A DNA stretch of 64,000 bases from Thermoflexales bacterium (GTDB lineage Bacteria > Chloroflexota > Anaerolineae > Fen-1058): assembly GCA_041740315.1 (NCBI GenBank), contig JBGSMF010000263.1:2165-66164 (forward strand), read 5' to 3'. The position numbers and the translations under genes are program-made. Shown here in pieces: positions 1-8,670 of the stretch. Position 1 is the first letter of the stretch. Each line of letters opens with the position of its first letter. A model generated the notes under the pieces. That model did not search any database and was not told the origin of the DNA. It saw only the letters and a list, made by a program, of their open reading frames with translations.

Positions 1-1061
1 TTCACGGCGTGGAGCACGGCCACCATCACGTCGAGCACATGAGCCACGCTCATCCCAAACCGCCCGAAGGAACAGTCGAGTCCGCCCAGCACGCCGCGCC
101 GTTTGATCCGCAAGATATGATGAACATGGGCGGCTTGAAAGACAAGATGCCCATCACGTTTTGGACCTTTGTGGCCGGCGGGTTGGCGCTGGCCGGTTTC
201 CCGTTTGTCACGGCCGGCTTTTGGAGCAAAGACCTGATCTTGGGCGGCGCGTGGGAAAAGGCTGCTCAAGGCAATTGGCTGGGCTGGTTCGTGTTCATCA
301 TGCTGGCCGTGGCAGCGTTCCTCACGGCCTTTTACACCATGCGCCAGATTGCGCTGACCTTCCTGGGCAAGCCGCGCACCGAGGCTGCCGCGCATGCCAG
401 CGAAAACGTGTGGACGATGACCCTGCCCTTGGTAATCTTGGCCTTTTTTGCCATCACTGCTGGTTGGGTGGGCATTGAAGAAACCTTTCCGGTGTTGGGT
501 GGCCTGGTCCCCAACTGGTTCCATCACTTTGTGGGCGCTACCATTGAGCACATAGTTCACCTGGAAGTAGCGGCGCACTTTCCTTACCCCGCCCTGATTA
601 CATCATTGGTGGTGGCGCTAGGCGGGTTGGCGTTGGGCGCATGGCTGTATTGGTGGCGCAAGCCGCTGCAAGCCGGCGAGGCCGACCCGCTCACGGCGAT
701 GGGAGGCCTGCACACGTTGCTCAAGAACAAGTATTACTTTGATGAACTGTATGACACTGTCTTTATCCAGCCGGTGCTGCGGTTTGCGCGCTGGACCTAC
801 GAGTTTGTTGACAAAAAAATCATTGACGGCTTTTTGCACGGCGTGGCGCGCAGCGCCTACCGCACCGGCGAGGGTTTCCGTGTGTTTGATCGTTATGTCA
901 TCAATGGCGGAGTTGATGCATTTGCCAATGGTCTGCGCTCGTTTGGCGAAAACTTTCGCACCATTCAAACCGGGCGGGTTCAAGATTACTTGTTGCTGGC
1001 GCTGGTCAATTTGCTGGTCTTTCTTGCTTTGGCCATCGCAACAGCCAACATTCAACGGTGA
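1..1061 (+). CDS. nuoL: NADH-quinone oxidoreductase subunit L, C-terminal part (5' end outside window), 2M-type cluster
   Basis: Motifs MGGL...GFWSKD, LTAFYTMR, KYYFDELY...IQTGRVQDY; followed by nuoM-nuoM-nuoN. Confidence 0.95.
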   Translation, partial: HGVEHGHHHVEHMSHAHPKPPEGTVESAQHAAPFDPQDMMNMGGLKDKMPITFWTFVAGGLALAGFPFVTAGFWSKDLILGGAWEKAAQGNWLGWFVFIMLAVAAFLTAFYTMRQIALTFLGKPRTEAAAHASENVWTMTLPLVILAFFAITAGWVGIEETFPVLGGLVPNWFHHFVGATIEHIVHLEVAAHFPYPALITSLVVALGGLALGAWLYWWRKPLQAGEADPLTAMGGLHTLLKNKYYFDELYDTVFIQPVLRFARWTYEFVDKKIIDGFLHGVARSAYRTGEGFRVFDRYVINGGVDAFANGLRSFGENFRTIQTGRVQDYLLLALVNLLVFLALAIATANIQR

Positions 1062-1110
1062 CACCAGTGTTTGGGTATAAATCCAGGCTCAGAATTTCAA
1101 TGAGGTGCGC

Positions 1111-2661
1111 ATGAACTGGGGCAATTTGATCCTCAATAACCTTTTAACCTTCATCACCTTTTCGCCGTTGGTGGGCGTGGCGCTCTTGTTGCTTTCGCCG
1201 CGCAGCACAAGCGATCGCGTGATGAAGTGGGGCGCTTTTTTGTGGAGTTTGGCGCCGCTGGGGCTGGCCATTGTGCTGTGGTCGGCCTATAATCCGAACC
1301 AGGCTGGTTTTCAGTTTGAGGTGGCGCGGGCGTGGTTTCCCCAGATTAATTCCAGCTTTCATTTGGGGATAGATGGCATTAGCCTGTCAATGATCCTGCT
1401 GACAACGTTGCTTACTCCCCTGGCGTTGCTTATCTCGTTCAATATCAAAGAAGACGTGCGGATGTACCTGGCGCTGTTCTTGATGTTGGAAACCGGGATG
1501 ATGGGCGTGTTTGTCGCGCTCGACTTGATTCTGTTCTTTATCTTTTGGGAAATCGGCCTGGTGCCGATGTATTTTCTCATCAATAAATGGGGCGGCAAAG
1601 ACCGCACCTATGCCTCGTTCAAGTTCCTTATCTACACTATGGCAGGCTCGTTAGGCATGCTGCTGGCCATCCAGTGTATATGGGTAGTCACCGGCACGTT
1701 TGACATTGTCCGCTTGTCCACACCCGGGGGATTGCCCTTTGTGTCTCCCAGTGTTCTCACTTTTGTCTCGCCAGAGCTGGCGCGCACGATTGCCTTTTGG
1801 GCCTTTGTGCTTGCTTTTGCCATCAAAGTGCCGGTGTGGCCTTTCCATACCTGGCTGCCCGATGCGCACACCGAGGCTCCCACGGCTGGATCCATGATCT
1901 TGGCCGGCGTGCTGCTCAAGCTGGGCGCTTATGGTTTTTTGCGTTTGGTGCTGCCCCTCTTTCCCGACCAGGCGGCCCGCTTCGCGCCGGTGCTGGCGTT
2001 CTTTGGGATGCTGGCGGTAGTCCTGGGCGCATTTGCGGCGTTGGGGCAGACCGATTTCAAAAAGTTGGTGGCTTATTCTTCGGTCAACCACATGGGCTTT
2101 GTGGTGATGGGTATTGCCGCTGCCGCGTATGTGTTGAATCCCGCCCACCAGACCGAAAAGCTCACCGCCGCGGCCACCATCGCCGTCAACGGCGCGGTGC
2201 TGCAAATGTTCAACCACGGCCTGAGCGCGGCGGCCATGTTTGCCCTGGTGGGCGTGGTGTACGATCGCGCCCACACCCGCGACCTGCGCGAATTTGGCGG
2301 GCTGGGCATTGTGGTGCCTATGTATGGCGGCATTTTGCTGTTCAACGCAATGGCTTCATTGGGGCTGCCGGGGTTGAACGGCTTTGTCAGCGAGTTTATG
2401 GTGGTGCGGGGTGTGTGGCCGATCTTTACGCTCTTTACGGCCTTGGCAATGATTGGATTGCTGTTGACAGGCGGCTATATCTTGTACATGATCGCCAAAG
2501 TGCTCACGGGGCCTCTTAACCCTCAATGGGCCAAGCTGCCCGAGATCAATGCCCGCGAGATTTTTGCCCTGGCTCCGCTGATGGTGTTGATGCTCGTCAT
2601 TGGCCTGTATCCGGGTTGGCTGGTAAACGTGATCAATGCAACTGTGATGCGGTTGTTCTGA
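1111..2661 (+). CDS. nuoM: NADH-quinone oxidoreductase subunit M (first copy)
   Basis: GIDGIS, FIFWE, IKVPVWPFHTWLPDAHTEAPTAGS, YSSVNHMG, GLPGLNGFVSEF; GAGGT RBS before ATG 1111. Confidence 0.95.
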   Translation: MNWGNLILNNLLTFITFSPLVGVALLLLSPRSTSDRVMKWGAFLWSLAPLGLAIVLWSAYNPNQAGFQFEVARAWFPQINSSFHLGIDGISLSMILLTTLLTPLALLISFNIKEDVRMYLALFLMLETGMMGVFVALDLILFFIFWEIGLVPMYFLINKWGGKDRTYASFKFLIYTMAGSLGMLLAIQCIWVVTGTFDIVRLSTPGGLPFVSPSVLTFVSPELARTIAFWAFVLAFAIKVPVWPFHTWLPDAHTEAPTAGSMILAGVLLKLGAYGFLRLVLPLFPDQAARFAPVLAFFGMLAVVLGAFAALGQTDFKKLVAYSSVNHMGFVVMGIAAAAYVLNPAHQTEKLTAAATIAVNGAVLQMFNHGLSAAAMFALVGVVYDRAHTRDLREFGGLGIVVPMYGGILLFNAMASLGLPGLNGFVSEFMVVRGVWPIFTLFTALAMIGLLLTGGYILYMIAKVLTGPLNPQWAKLPEINAREIFALAPLMVLMLVIGLYPGWLVNVINATVMRLF

Positions 2662-2679
2662 AAGTTGGGAGTTGCGATT

Positions 2680-4188
2680 ATGAACTTTCCGTTTTTGAGC
2701 GCATTCATCTTTGTTCCTCTAAGCACGGCAGTGCTGATTTTGCTGCTGCCCAAAGAGCGCAAGACAGAGGCGCGCATGCTGGCGGCTGCCGGTGCGTTTA
2801 TCGTGTTTGCGCTGTCCATTTACGTGTACGTGGCTTATGACAAGGTGCAGGGGGGCTATCAGTTTGTCGAGCAAGTGGCCTGGGTGCCCACGTTGGGCAT
2901 TAGCTACCACCTGGGCGCAGACGGCATTGCCTTGCCCATGGTCTTGCTGACGGGCCTGGTCACTTTTACCGGGGTGCTGGTGAGCTGGGGCATCCAAGAC
3001 CGCCCGCGCGAATTTTTTGCTTTTTTGCTGATGCTGGTGGGCGGTGTGTTTGGCGTGTTTGTCAGCCTGGATTTGTTCGTGTTGTTCTTTTTTTACGAAC
3101 TGGCCATCTTTCCAATGTACTTGTTGATTGCCGTGTGGGGCAGCACGCGCAAAGAATATGCTGCCATGAAGCTGACGCTGTACTTGCTGATCGGCTCGAT
3201 CATCGCGCTGGTCGGCGCATTGGCCATGTATTTCCAGGCGGGCGCTCACACCTTTGACATGGTTGCATTGAAGGAAATGGGCTTTCCGCTGAATTTTCAA
3301 AGGTTGTGGTTTTTGCCGGTCTTTTTGGGCTTTGGCGTGCTGGCCGGCATCTGGCCCTTTCACAACTGGTCGCCCGATGGCCACGTGGCCGCGCCCACGG
3401 CCGTTTCCATGTTGCACGCGGGCGTGCTGATGAAGCTGGGCGCGTTTGCGGCGCTGCGGGTGGGGGTTGATCTGTTGCCCGAAGGCGCGCGCTATTGGCT
3501 GCCGTTTATAATCTTTTTGGTCACGGTCAACGTGGTCTATGGCGCGGCGATTGCCATGGTGCAAAAGGACTTTAAATACGTCATCGGCTTTTCATCCGTC
3601 AGTCACATGGGCCTGGTGACGATGGGCTTTGCCACCATGAATGTGACCGGCATGAATGGCGCGGTGATGCAAATGTTCAGCCACGGCGTAATGACGGCGC
3701 TCTTTTTCGCCGTGGTCGGCATGGTGTACGACCGCGCCCACACCCGCGATATTCCCTCGCTGGGCGGGTTTGCCAAGTACATGCCAGAGGTAGCCATCGC
3801 CTTTATCATCGGTGGTCTGGTTTCTATGGGCATGCCAGGGTTAAGCGGCTTTGTGGCCGAGCTGCAAATTTTTATGGGCCTGTGGCGCGCGGGCAACGAC
3901 CCGGCCATGCAGGCCATTGCGCCCTGGTACCCCTATATTGCGCTGATCTCGTCGCTGGGCATTATTCTGACGGCGGCCTATGTGCTGCGCGTCGTTCAGC
4001 AGGTGTTCTTTGGCCCGTTTGACGAGCACAAGTGGCACGACCTGCGGCCCATCACCTCGCTCGATCGGGTGACGTTGGTCATCTTGTGCGCGGTGCTGAT
4101 TGTCTCAGGTGTGTACCCGCAGTGGCTGATGAACATGATCCAGACTGGTGTGGTGCCGGTCGTCGCCCGGCTCGTGGGAGGTGGGTAG
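2680..4188 (+). CDS. nuoM: NADH-quinone oxidoreductase subunit M (second, divergent copy)
   Basis: GADGIA, FFFYE, WPFHNWSPDGHVAAPTAVSMLHAG, FSSVSHMG, GMPGLSGFVAE; GGGAG RBS. Confidence 0.92.
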   Translation: MNFPFLSAFIFVPLSTAVLILLLPKERKTEARMLAAAGAFIVFALSIYVYVAYDKVQGGYQFVEQVAWVPTLGISYHLGADGIALPMVLLTGLVTFTGVLVSWGIQDRPREFFAFLLMLVGGVFGVFVSLDLFVLFFFYELAIFPMYLLIAVWGSTRKEYAAMKLTLYLLIGSIIALVGALAMYFQAGAHTFDMVALKEMGFPLNFQRLWFLPVFLGFGVLAGIWPFHNWSPDGHVAAPTAVSMLHAGVLMKLGAFAALRVGVDLLPEGARYWLPFIIFLVTVNVVYGAAIAMVQKDFKYVIGFSSVSHMGLVTMGFATMNVTGMNGAVMQMFSHGVMTALFFAVVGMVYDRAHTRDIPSLGGFAKYMPEVAIAFIIGGLVSMGMPGLSGFVAELQIFMGLWRAGNDPAMQAIAPWYPYIALISSLGIILTAAYVLRVVQQVFFGPFDEHKWHDLRPITSLDRVTLVILCAVLIVSGVYPQWLMNMIQTGVVPVVARLVGGG

Positions 4189-5654
4189 TGGATTATTCGG
4201 CTTTGAGTGTTGGCTTGCGGGCAATCTTGCCCGAAATTTTGATGGTCGTCTTGGCCTTTGTGGTGATGGGCTTTGACCTGTTTTTGCCCAAGACCGGCAA
4301 GCGGGCGCTGGCAAGCGTGACGGTAGTGGGGTTCTTGATCATTATTCTCGTCAGCCTGTTCTTGCCGGCTGGTGGCGAGCCTGTCTTGGGCGGCATGGTG
4401 CGGGTTGATTTTTGGGCGCACCTGTTCCGCCTATTGTTCCTGATTGCCGGGGCGCTGGTCAGCCTGATTTCGGTGGATGACAAGTCTGTGCGCCAGGGTG
4501 GCGAGTATTATAGCTTGTTGGTGATCTCGGTGATGGGCATGAGCCTGATGGCTGCTTCGTATGACTTGATCATGCTCTACATCGCATTAGAGACCACCGG
4601 CATCACGCTGTATTTGCTGGCCGGTTATTTGAGGGAGCAAAGCCGCAGCGCCGAAGCGGGCCTGAAATATTTCTTGTTTGGCGCGTTTACCTCTACGATG
4701 ATGCTGTACGGCATGAGCCTGTTGTATGGGTTCACGCGAACTACGGGCTATGTGACGGTAGGGACGGGCTTGTTTAGTTTGCAGCAGGATTTGCAGCAGC
4801 AGTTGCCCATCGGGCTGGCGCTGATTCTGATTGCGGTGGGGCTGGGCTTTAAGGTTTCGATGGTGCCGTTCCACTTTTGGGCGCCCGATGTGTACGAGGG
4901 CGCGCCCACGCCTGTCACGGCCTTTATCTCGGTGGCTTCCAAGGCGGCCGGCTTTGCCGTGCTGGTGCGCATTCTGATGGTTGTTTTTGTTTCTTCCCAG
5001 GTTCAATGGATTGGCCTGCTGATGGCGCTGTCGGTCGTGACAATGTCGTTGGGCAACCTTCTGGCGGTGGTGCAAAGCAATATCAAACGCATGCTGGCCT
5101 ACTCGTCCATTGCGCAGGCGGGCTATGTCCTCATTGGCGTGGTGGCGGTGGCGCGCGGCAATGTGACGCCCTATGGGCCGGCCACGGTGCTGTTTTACCT
5201 GGGCGTGTATGTGTTGACCAATATTGCGGCTTTTGCCGTGGTCACGGCGGTGACCAACGCGCTGGGCAGCGAGCAGCTATCGGCCTTTAATGGCCTCTCG
5301 CGCCGTTCCCTGGGGCTGGCGCTGGCGATGCTGGCGGCCATGCTCAGCCTGGGCGGCGTGCCGCCGCTGGCGGGCTTTTTCGCCAAGTTTTTTGTCTTTT
5401 CGGCGGCGATGGGGCAGGGGTTGACCTGGCTGGTGGTCATTGCCGTGCTGAACAGCTTGCTGGCGTTGTACTATTATTTGATGGTGCTCAAGTATATCTT
5501 TGTGGACCGCAGCGAGGGGGATGAAGAGCCGCTGTCCGTTCCGGCGGCGCTGAACACCAGCATGTGGATTGCGACGGCAGGTATTTTGGTTTTGGGTGTG
5601 TTTGCCACACCGTGGTATACGCTGGCCGAACAGGCGGTGGTTGGATTATTCTAA
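4188..5654 (+). CDS. nuoN: NADH-quinone oxidoreductase subunit N
   Basis: GEYY, EAGLKYF, FKVSMVPFHFWAPDVYEGAPTP, KRMLAYSSIAQAGY; GTG start overlaps nuoM stop (TAGTG). Confidence 0.95.
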   Translation: MDYSALSVGLRAILPEILMVVLAFVVMGFDLFLPKTGKRALASVTVVGFLIIILVSLFLPAGGEPVLGGMVRVDFWAHLFRLLFLIAGALVSLISVDDKSVRQGGEYYSLLVISVMGMSLMAASYDLIMLYIALETTGITLYLLAGYLREQSRSAEAGLKYFLFGAFTSTMMLYGMSLLYGFTRTTGYVTVGTGLFSLQQDLQQQLPIGLALILIAVGLGFKVSMVPFHFWAPDVYEGAPTPVTAFISVASKAAGFAVLVRILMVVFVSSQVQWIGLLMALSVVTMSLGNLLAVVQSNIKRMLAYSSIAQAGYVLIGVVAVARGNVTPYGPATVLFYLGVYVLTNIAAFAVVTAVTNALGSEQLSAFNGLSRRSLGLALAMLAAMLSLGGVPPLAGFFAKFFVFSAAMGQGLTWLVVIAVLNSLLALYYYLMVLKYIFVDRSEGDEEPLSVPAALNTSMWIATAGILVLGVFATPWYTLAEQAVVGLF

Positions 5655-5660
5655 TTAGGG

Positions 5661-5957
5661 ATGAAACCAAAAGAGACTCCATCCGTAACGGTGGCGCATA
5701 GTCTGGCGCTGACCAGCATGGTTTCGCAGATTGGCTGCGTGACCGTGGTGATTGTGCTTGGGGCGCTGCTGGCAGGGCTGTGGCTAGATAATTACCTTGC
5801 TACCAAGCCGGTGTTGACGATTGTGCTGCTGCTGCTCAGCATTCCGGTGAGTATGTACAGCCTGATACGTATCGCGCTTTCGACGGTGGCGCAGTTTCAG
5901 GCGATGGCGAAAGAAGAAAAAACGAGCGATGAAGGACCAACGACAAACGACCACTAG
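5661..5957 (+). CDS. ATP synthase gene-1 (AtpZ/AtpI-family) small membrane protein
   Basis: 98 aa, two TM segments with GLWLD motif, directly before atpB. Confidence 0.75.
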   Translation: MKPKETPSVTVAHSLALTSMVSQIGCVTVVIVLGALLAGLWLDNYLATKPVLTIVLLLLSIPVSMYSLIRIALSTVAQFQAMAKEEKTSDEGPTTNDH

Positions 5958-6002
5958 TTTTAGTCGGTGGTCTTTGGTCGAATTGAGAAAGGAGGGCAGA
6001 GC

Positions 6003-7139
6003 TTGAAAGGTTGCTTGTATGTCATAATCATGTTGGTCGTTGTGACGGCTTTGTGCGGCCTCAGTTCGGGCTTTTTGAGCAGTCTGAAGGTGCCCACATT
6101 GCTAGACGGCGTTTTGGGGCAGCCCGCCATGCCCACGGTCAGCTTGCCCCCTGAGCGGATTACGCCCTATGTTGAAATTTTGGGCTTCAAGACCGGGCTG
6201 ACCAATACGCTGCTTGCCACGCTTTTGGCCGATGTATTCTTGATTGTGATGGCCTTTTTCGCCACGCGCAAGATTCGCGCCGGCTCGCCCGATGCGCTCA
6301 TTCCGCGCGGCTTGCAAAACGTGGTCGAGGCTATCATCGAGGTGTTGTATGGCTTTGCGGAGGCCGTGCTGCAAAAGCGCGCCCGGCAGGTCTTTTGGCT
6401 GGGGGCCACCATCTTTTTGCTGGTGTGGGTCGCCAACTGGATGGAATTGCTGCCCGGGGTAGATGCCATTGGCTGGCTCGAAAAGCCGCACGAGGCAAAT
6501 ATTGCCACGTATTGCACGGGCAGTTTTCTTGGGCTGTCCACCATCAAGGGACCTGTCATCAAGCCCGGAGAAGCACTGCCGCCGAACTGCGTGCCGGCTG
6601 CGGAAAGCGAACATGCCACAACTACCGCCGAGTCGGCGGAAGCGCAGCCAAAGGATGAGCACGCTGAAGGCGAACACGAGACGGGCTATATTCTTGTGCC
6701 GTTTGTGCGGGCCGCCGCCACCGACCTGAACATGACGCTCTCGCTGGCCATCATTGCAATGGTCATGGTTCAGGTCTATGGCTTTCGCGCGCTGGGCGCC
6801 GGCTACCTGGGCAAATTTATCAACACGGCCAAGCTTAACAAGGGCAACCCTATGGGCCTGCTCGATATCTTTGTGGGCGTGCTGGAAACCATCAGCGAGT
6901 TTTCCAAAATCATCTCGTTCACTTTCCGTTTGTTCGGCAATATCTTTGCGGGCCAGGTGTTGCTGTTCGTGATGGGCTTTCTCATCCCCTTTTTGTTCTT
7001 TGGCATCCTCATCTTTTGGGGATTGGAAATCTTTGTGGGGGTGATTCAGGCCTTTGTGTTCATGATTCTTACCTTTGTGTTTGTCGCCCAGGCCATGACC
7101 AGCCACGGCGATCACGCTGAACACGCAGAGTCTCACTAA
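6003..7139 (+). CDS. atpB: F0F1 ATP synthase subunit a
   Basis: PRGLQNVVE, RAAATDLNMT, SFTFRLFGNIFAG (essential Arg), EIFVGVIQAFVF; TTG start after GGAGG. Confidence 0.95.
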   Translation: MKGCLYVIIMLVVVTALCGLSSGFLSSLKVPTLLDGVLGQPAMPTVSLPPERITPYVEILGFKTGLTNTLLATLLADVFLIVMAFFATRKIRAGSPDALIPRGLQNVVEAIIEVLYGFAEAVLQKRARQVFWLGATIFLLVWVANWMELLPGVDAIGWLEKPHEANIATYCTGSFLGLSTIKGPVIKPGEALPPNCVPAAESEHATTTAESAEAQPKDEHAEGEHETGYILVPFVRAAATDLNMTLSLAIIAMVMVQVYGFRALGAGYLGKFINTAKLNKGNPMGLLDIFVGVLETISEFSKIISFTFRLFGNIFAGQVLLFVMGFLIPFLFFGILIFWGLEIFVGVIQAFVFMILTFVFVAQAMTSHGDHAEHAESH

Positions 7140-7212
7140 TTCTCTATCTCTAGCTTTATCTCTAGTCTCTATCTCTATCTTTAATCTCTATCTCAACGGG
7201 AGGAATTACAGA

Positions 7213-7440
7213 ATGGATGCAGATGCAATCAAGCAATTGGCGGCAGGTTTGGCAATCGGGTTGGGCGCGCTTGGCCCCGGCATCGGTATTGGCCTTTTGG
7301 CCAACGGCGCTATGCAGGCCATCGGGCGCAATCCAGAGGCCGCCAGCCAGATTCAGCTCAACATGATTCTGGCCATCGCCTTTACCGAAGCCATCGCCAT
7401 TTACGCGCTGGTTGTGGCGCTCTTGCTCAAGTTTGTCTAG
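7213..7440 (+). CDS. atpE: F0F1 ATP synthase subunit c
   Basis: 75 aa hairpin, GPGIGIG, GRNPEA loop, ion-binding Glu in FTEAIAIY; GGGAGG RBS. Confidence 0.97.
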   Translation: MDADAIKQLAAGLAIGLGALGPGIGIGLLANGAMQAIGRNPEAASQIQLNMILAIAFTEAIAIYALVVALLLKFV

Positions 7441-7519
7441 GTTGGTTACTAGGGATTAGAGTCTGATCTCCCATTTCTAATCTCTACTATCCAATCTCTA
7501 GTTTTAGAGGAGGGAACCC

Positions 7520-8245
7520 TTGGAAGCTTTGGATGCTTTGGGGATCAACCCCATTTATTTGCTGTCATACATTGTGGCTTTTATCGTCTTGGCGATTATA
7601 TTGCGTGCGCTGTTGTACGAGCCAATCTTGAACATGCTGGAACAGCGCCGCGCCAAGATTGAAAAAGGGCTGGAAGACGCCCGCGCCGCCGAAACCGCAC
7701 GCGCCAACGCCGAAACGGAGCGCCAGCGCATTTTGGATGAGGCGCGCGTCGAGACGCAAAAGCTGCGCGCCGAAGCCGGCCAGCAGGCTGACCAGGTAGC
7801 TGCCAAGATCAGGACCGATGCCCAGGCCGAAGCCGAGCGAATCAAGGCCGATGCGCAGCTTGTCCTGGCTGCCGAGCGCGACAAGATGCTGAGCGAGCTG
7901 CGCGGGCAGATTGCCGCGCTGTCCATCGCTGCGGCCAACAAGCTCATTGGCGCGTCGCTAGACCGCCAGCGGCAAGAGGCGCTCATCGCCGACTTTTTCG
8001 CCCAGGTGCCAGCCGAGGTGCGAGTGGGGTTGGCCGGCGCGACGGGCGACGCCGAGGTGACCAGCGCTGTGCCGCTGACGCCCCAAGAGCAAACGCGCGT
8101 CAAGAGCGAACTGAACTTGACCGAAGCTGCTTTCCGGGTTGACCCCAAGATTTTGGGCGGTTTGCGCGTGCGCGTAGGCGACAAGGTGGTAGATGGCAGC
8201 GTGGCAGGCCAGTTGGAAGCGTTGCACTCTAGCCTGGCTCAATAG
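7520..8245 (+). CDS. atpF: ATP synthase subunit b fused to a delta-subunit C-terminal domain
   Basis: N-terminal LGIN, TM, PILNMLEQR and coiled coil (b); C-terminal AEVTSAVPL...VDPKILGGLRVRVGDKVVDGS (delta). Confidence 0.88.
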   Translation: MEALDALGINPIYLLSYIVAFIVLAIILRALLYEPILNMLEQRRAKIEKGLEDARAAETARANAETERQRILDEARVETQKLRAEAGQQADQVAAKIRTDAQAEAERIKADAQLVLAAERDKMLSELRGQIAALSIAAANKLIGASLDRQRQEALIADFFAQVPAEVRVGLAGATGDAEVTSAVPLTPQEQTRVKSELNLTEAAFRVDPKILGGLRVRVGDKVVDGSVAGQLEALHSSLAQ

Positions 8246-8261
8246 TGGCGGCAACTCGCTT

Positions 8262-8349
8262 CTAGCAGGCTGTCGGAGAGGTAGCCTAGCCCCTCGTGGG
8301 CGACGCGCACAAGGCGCTGCGCTACGAGCTCTCTCCAACAGGCTGCTAG
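8262..8349. mobile_element. MITE-like element with CTAG-flanked terminal inverted repeats
   Basis: CTAG-CAGGCTGTCGGAGAG ... CTCTCCAACAGGCTG-CTAG (13/15 IR match); related copy at 13656-13752. Confidence 0.7.
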
Positions 8350-8465
8350 TGTGCAGGCAAAGCCACCAAGCATACTGCGTTTTTGCGCTGGGTTGCAAAC
8401 GCTTGTTATTGAACGTCAAGGCGGCATGCGCGCGCTGTCCTTGACGTTTTGTTCTCGGAGGTACT

Positions 8466-8666
8466 ATGCGCAAGCAAGGATGTCTATCTGGATTATTAAA
8501 GTTGTTTTTGCTCGATGCCTTGTTTGATTGGCTGCAAAACCGCTTTGGTTTTGGGCGGGGGGTCTCGTGCACCGGTTGCGGCTGCGGTGTCATTTTGCTC
8601 ATTATCTTTTTGATGCTGGCTTGTTCGATTTTGAGCGGCACTGATTGGTTCCACCTCGGCTTTTGA
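8466..8666 (+). CDS. Small Cys-rich membrane hypothetical protein
   Basis: 66 aa, GGAGGT RBS, CTGCGCG motif then a TM helix; ends 4 nt before murE. Confidence 0.7.
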   Translation: MRKQGCLSGLLKLFLLDALFDWLQNRFGFGRGVSCTGCGCGVILLIIFLMLACSILSGTDWFHLGF

Positions 8667-8670
8667 AGCA

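Noticed and set aside
4032-4187. N-terminal extensions given by the ORF track (nuoN here; also nuoI, nuoD, nuoH, DUF488, dual-OB, holB, cydDC)
   Set aside because: They overlap upstream genes or repeats; later starts with an RBS or stop-start overlap fit the families better.
6102-7136. 344-aa minus-strand ORF
   Set aside because: Antisense shadow of atpB in GC-rich DNA, with no motifs.
7213-7440. Na+-translocating or N-type ATPase
   Set aside because: The c subunit has GPGIGIG and FTEAIAIY, lacking the Gln and Glu-Ser/Thr Na+ ligands; no atpR or N-ATPase gene order. H+-type is more likely.
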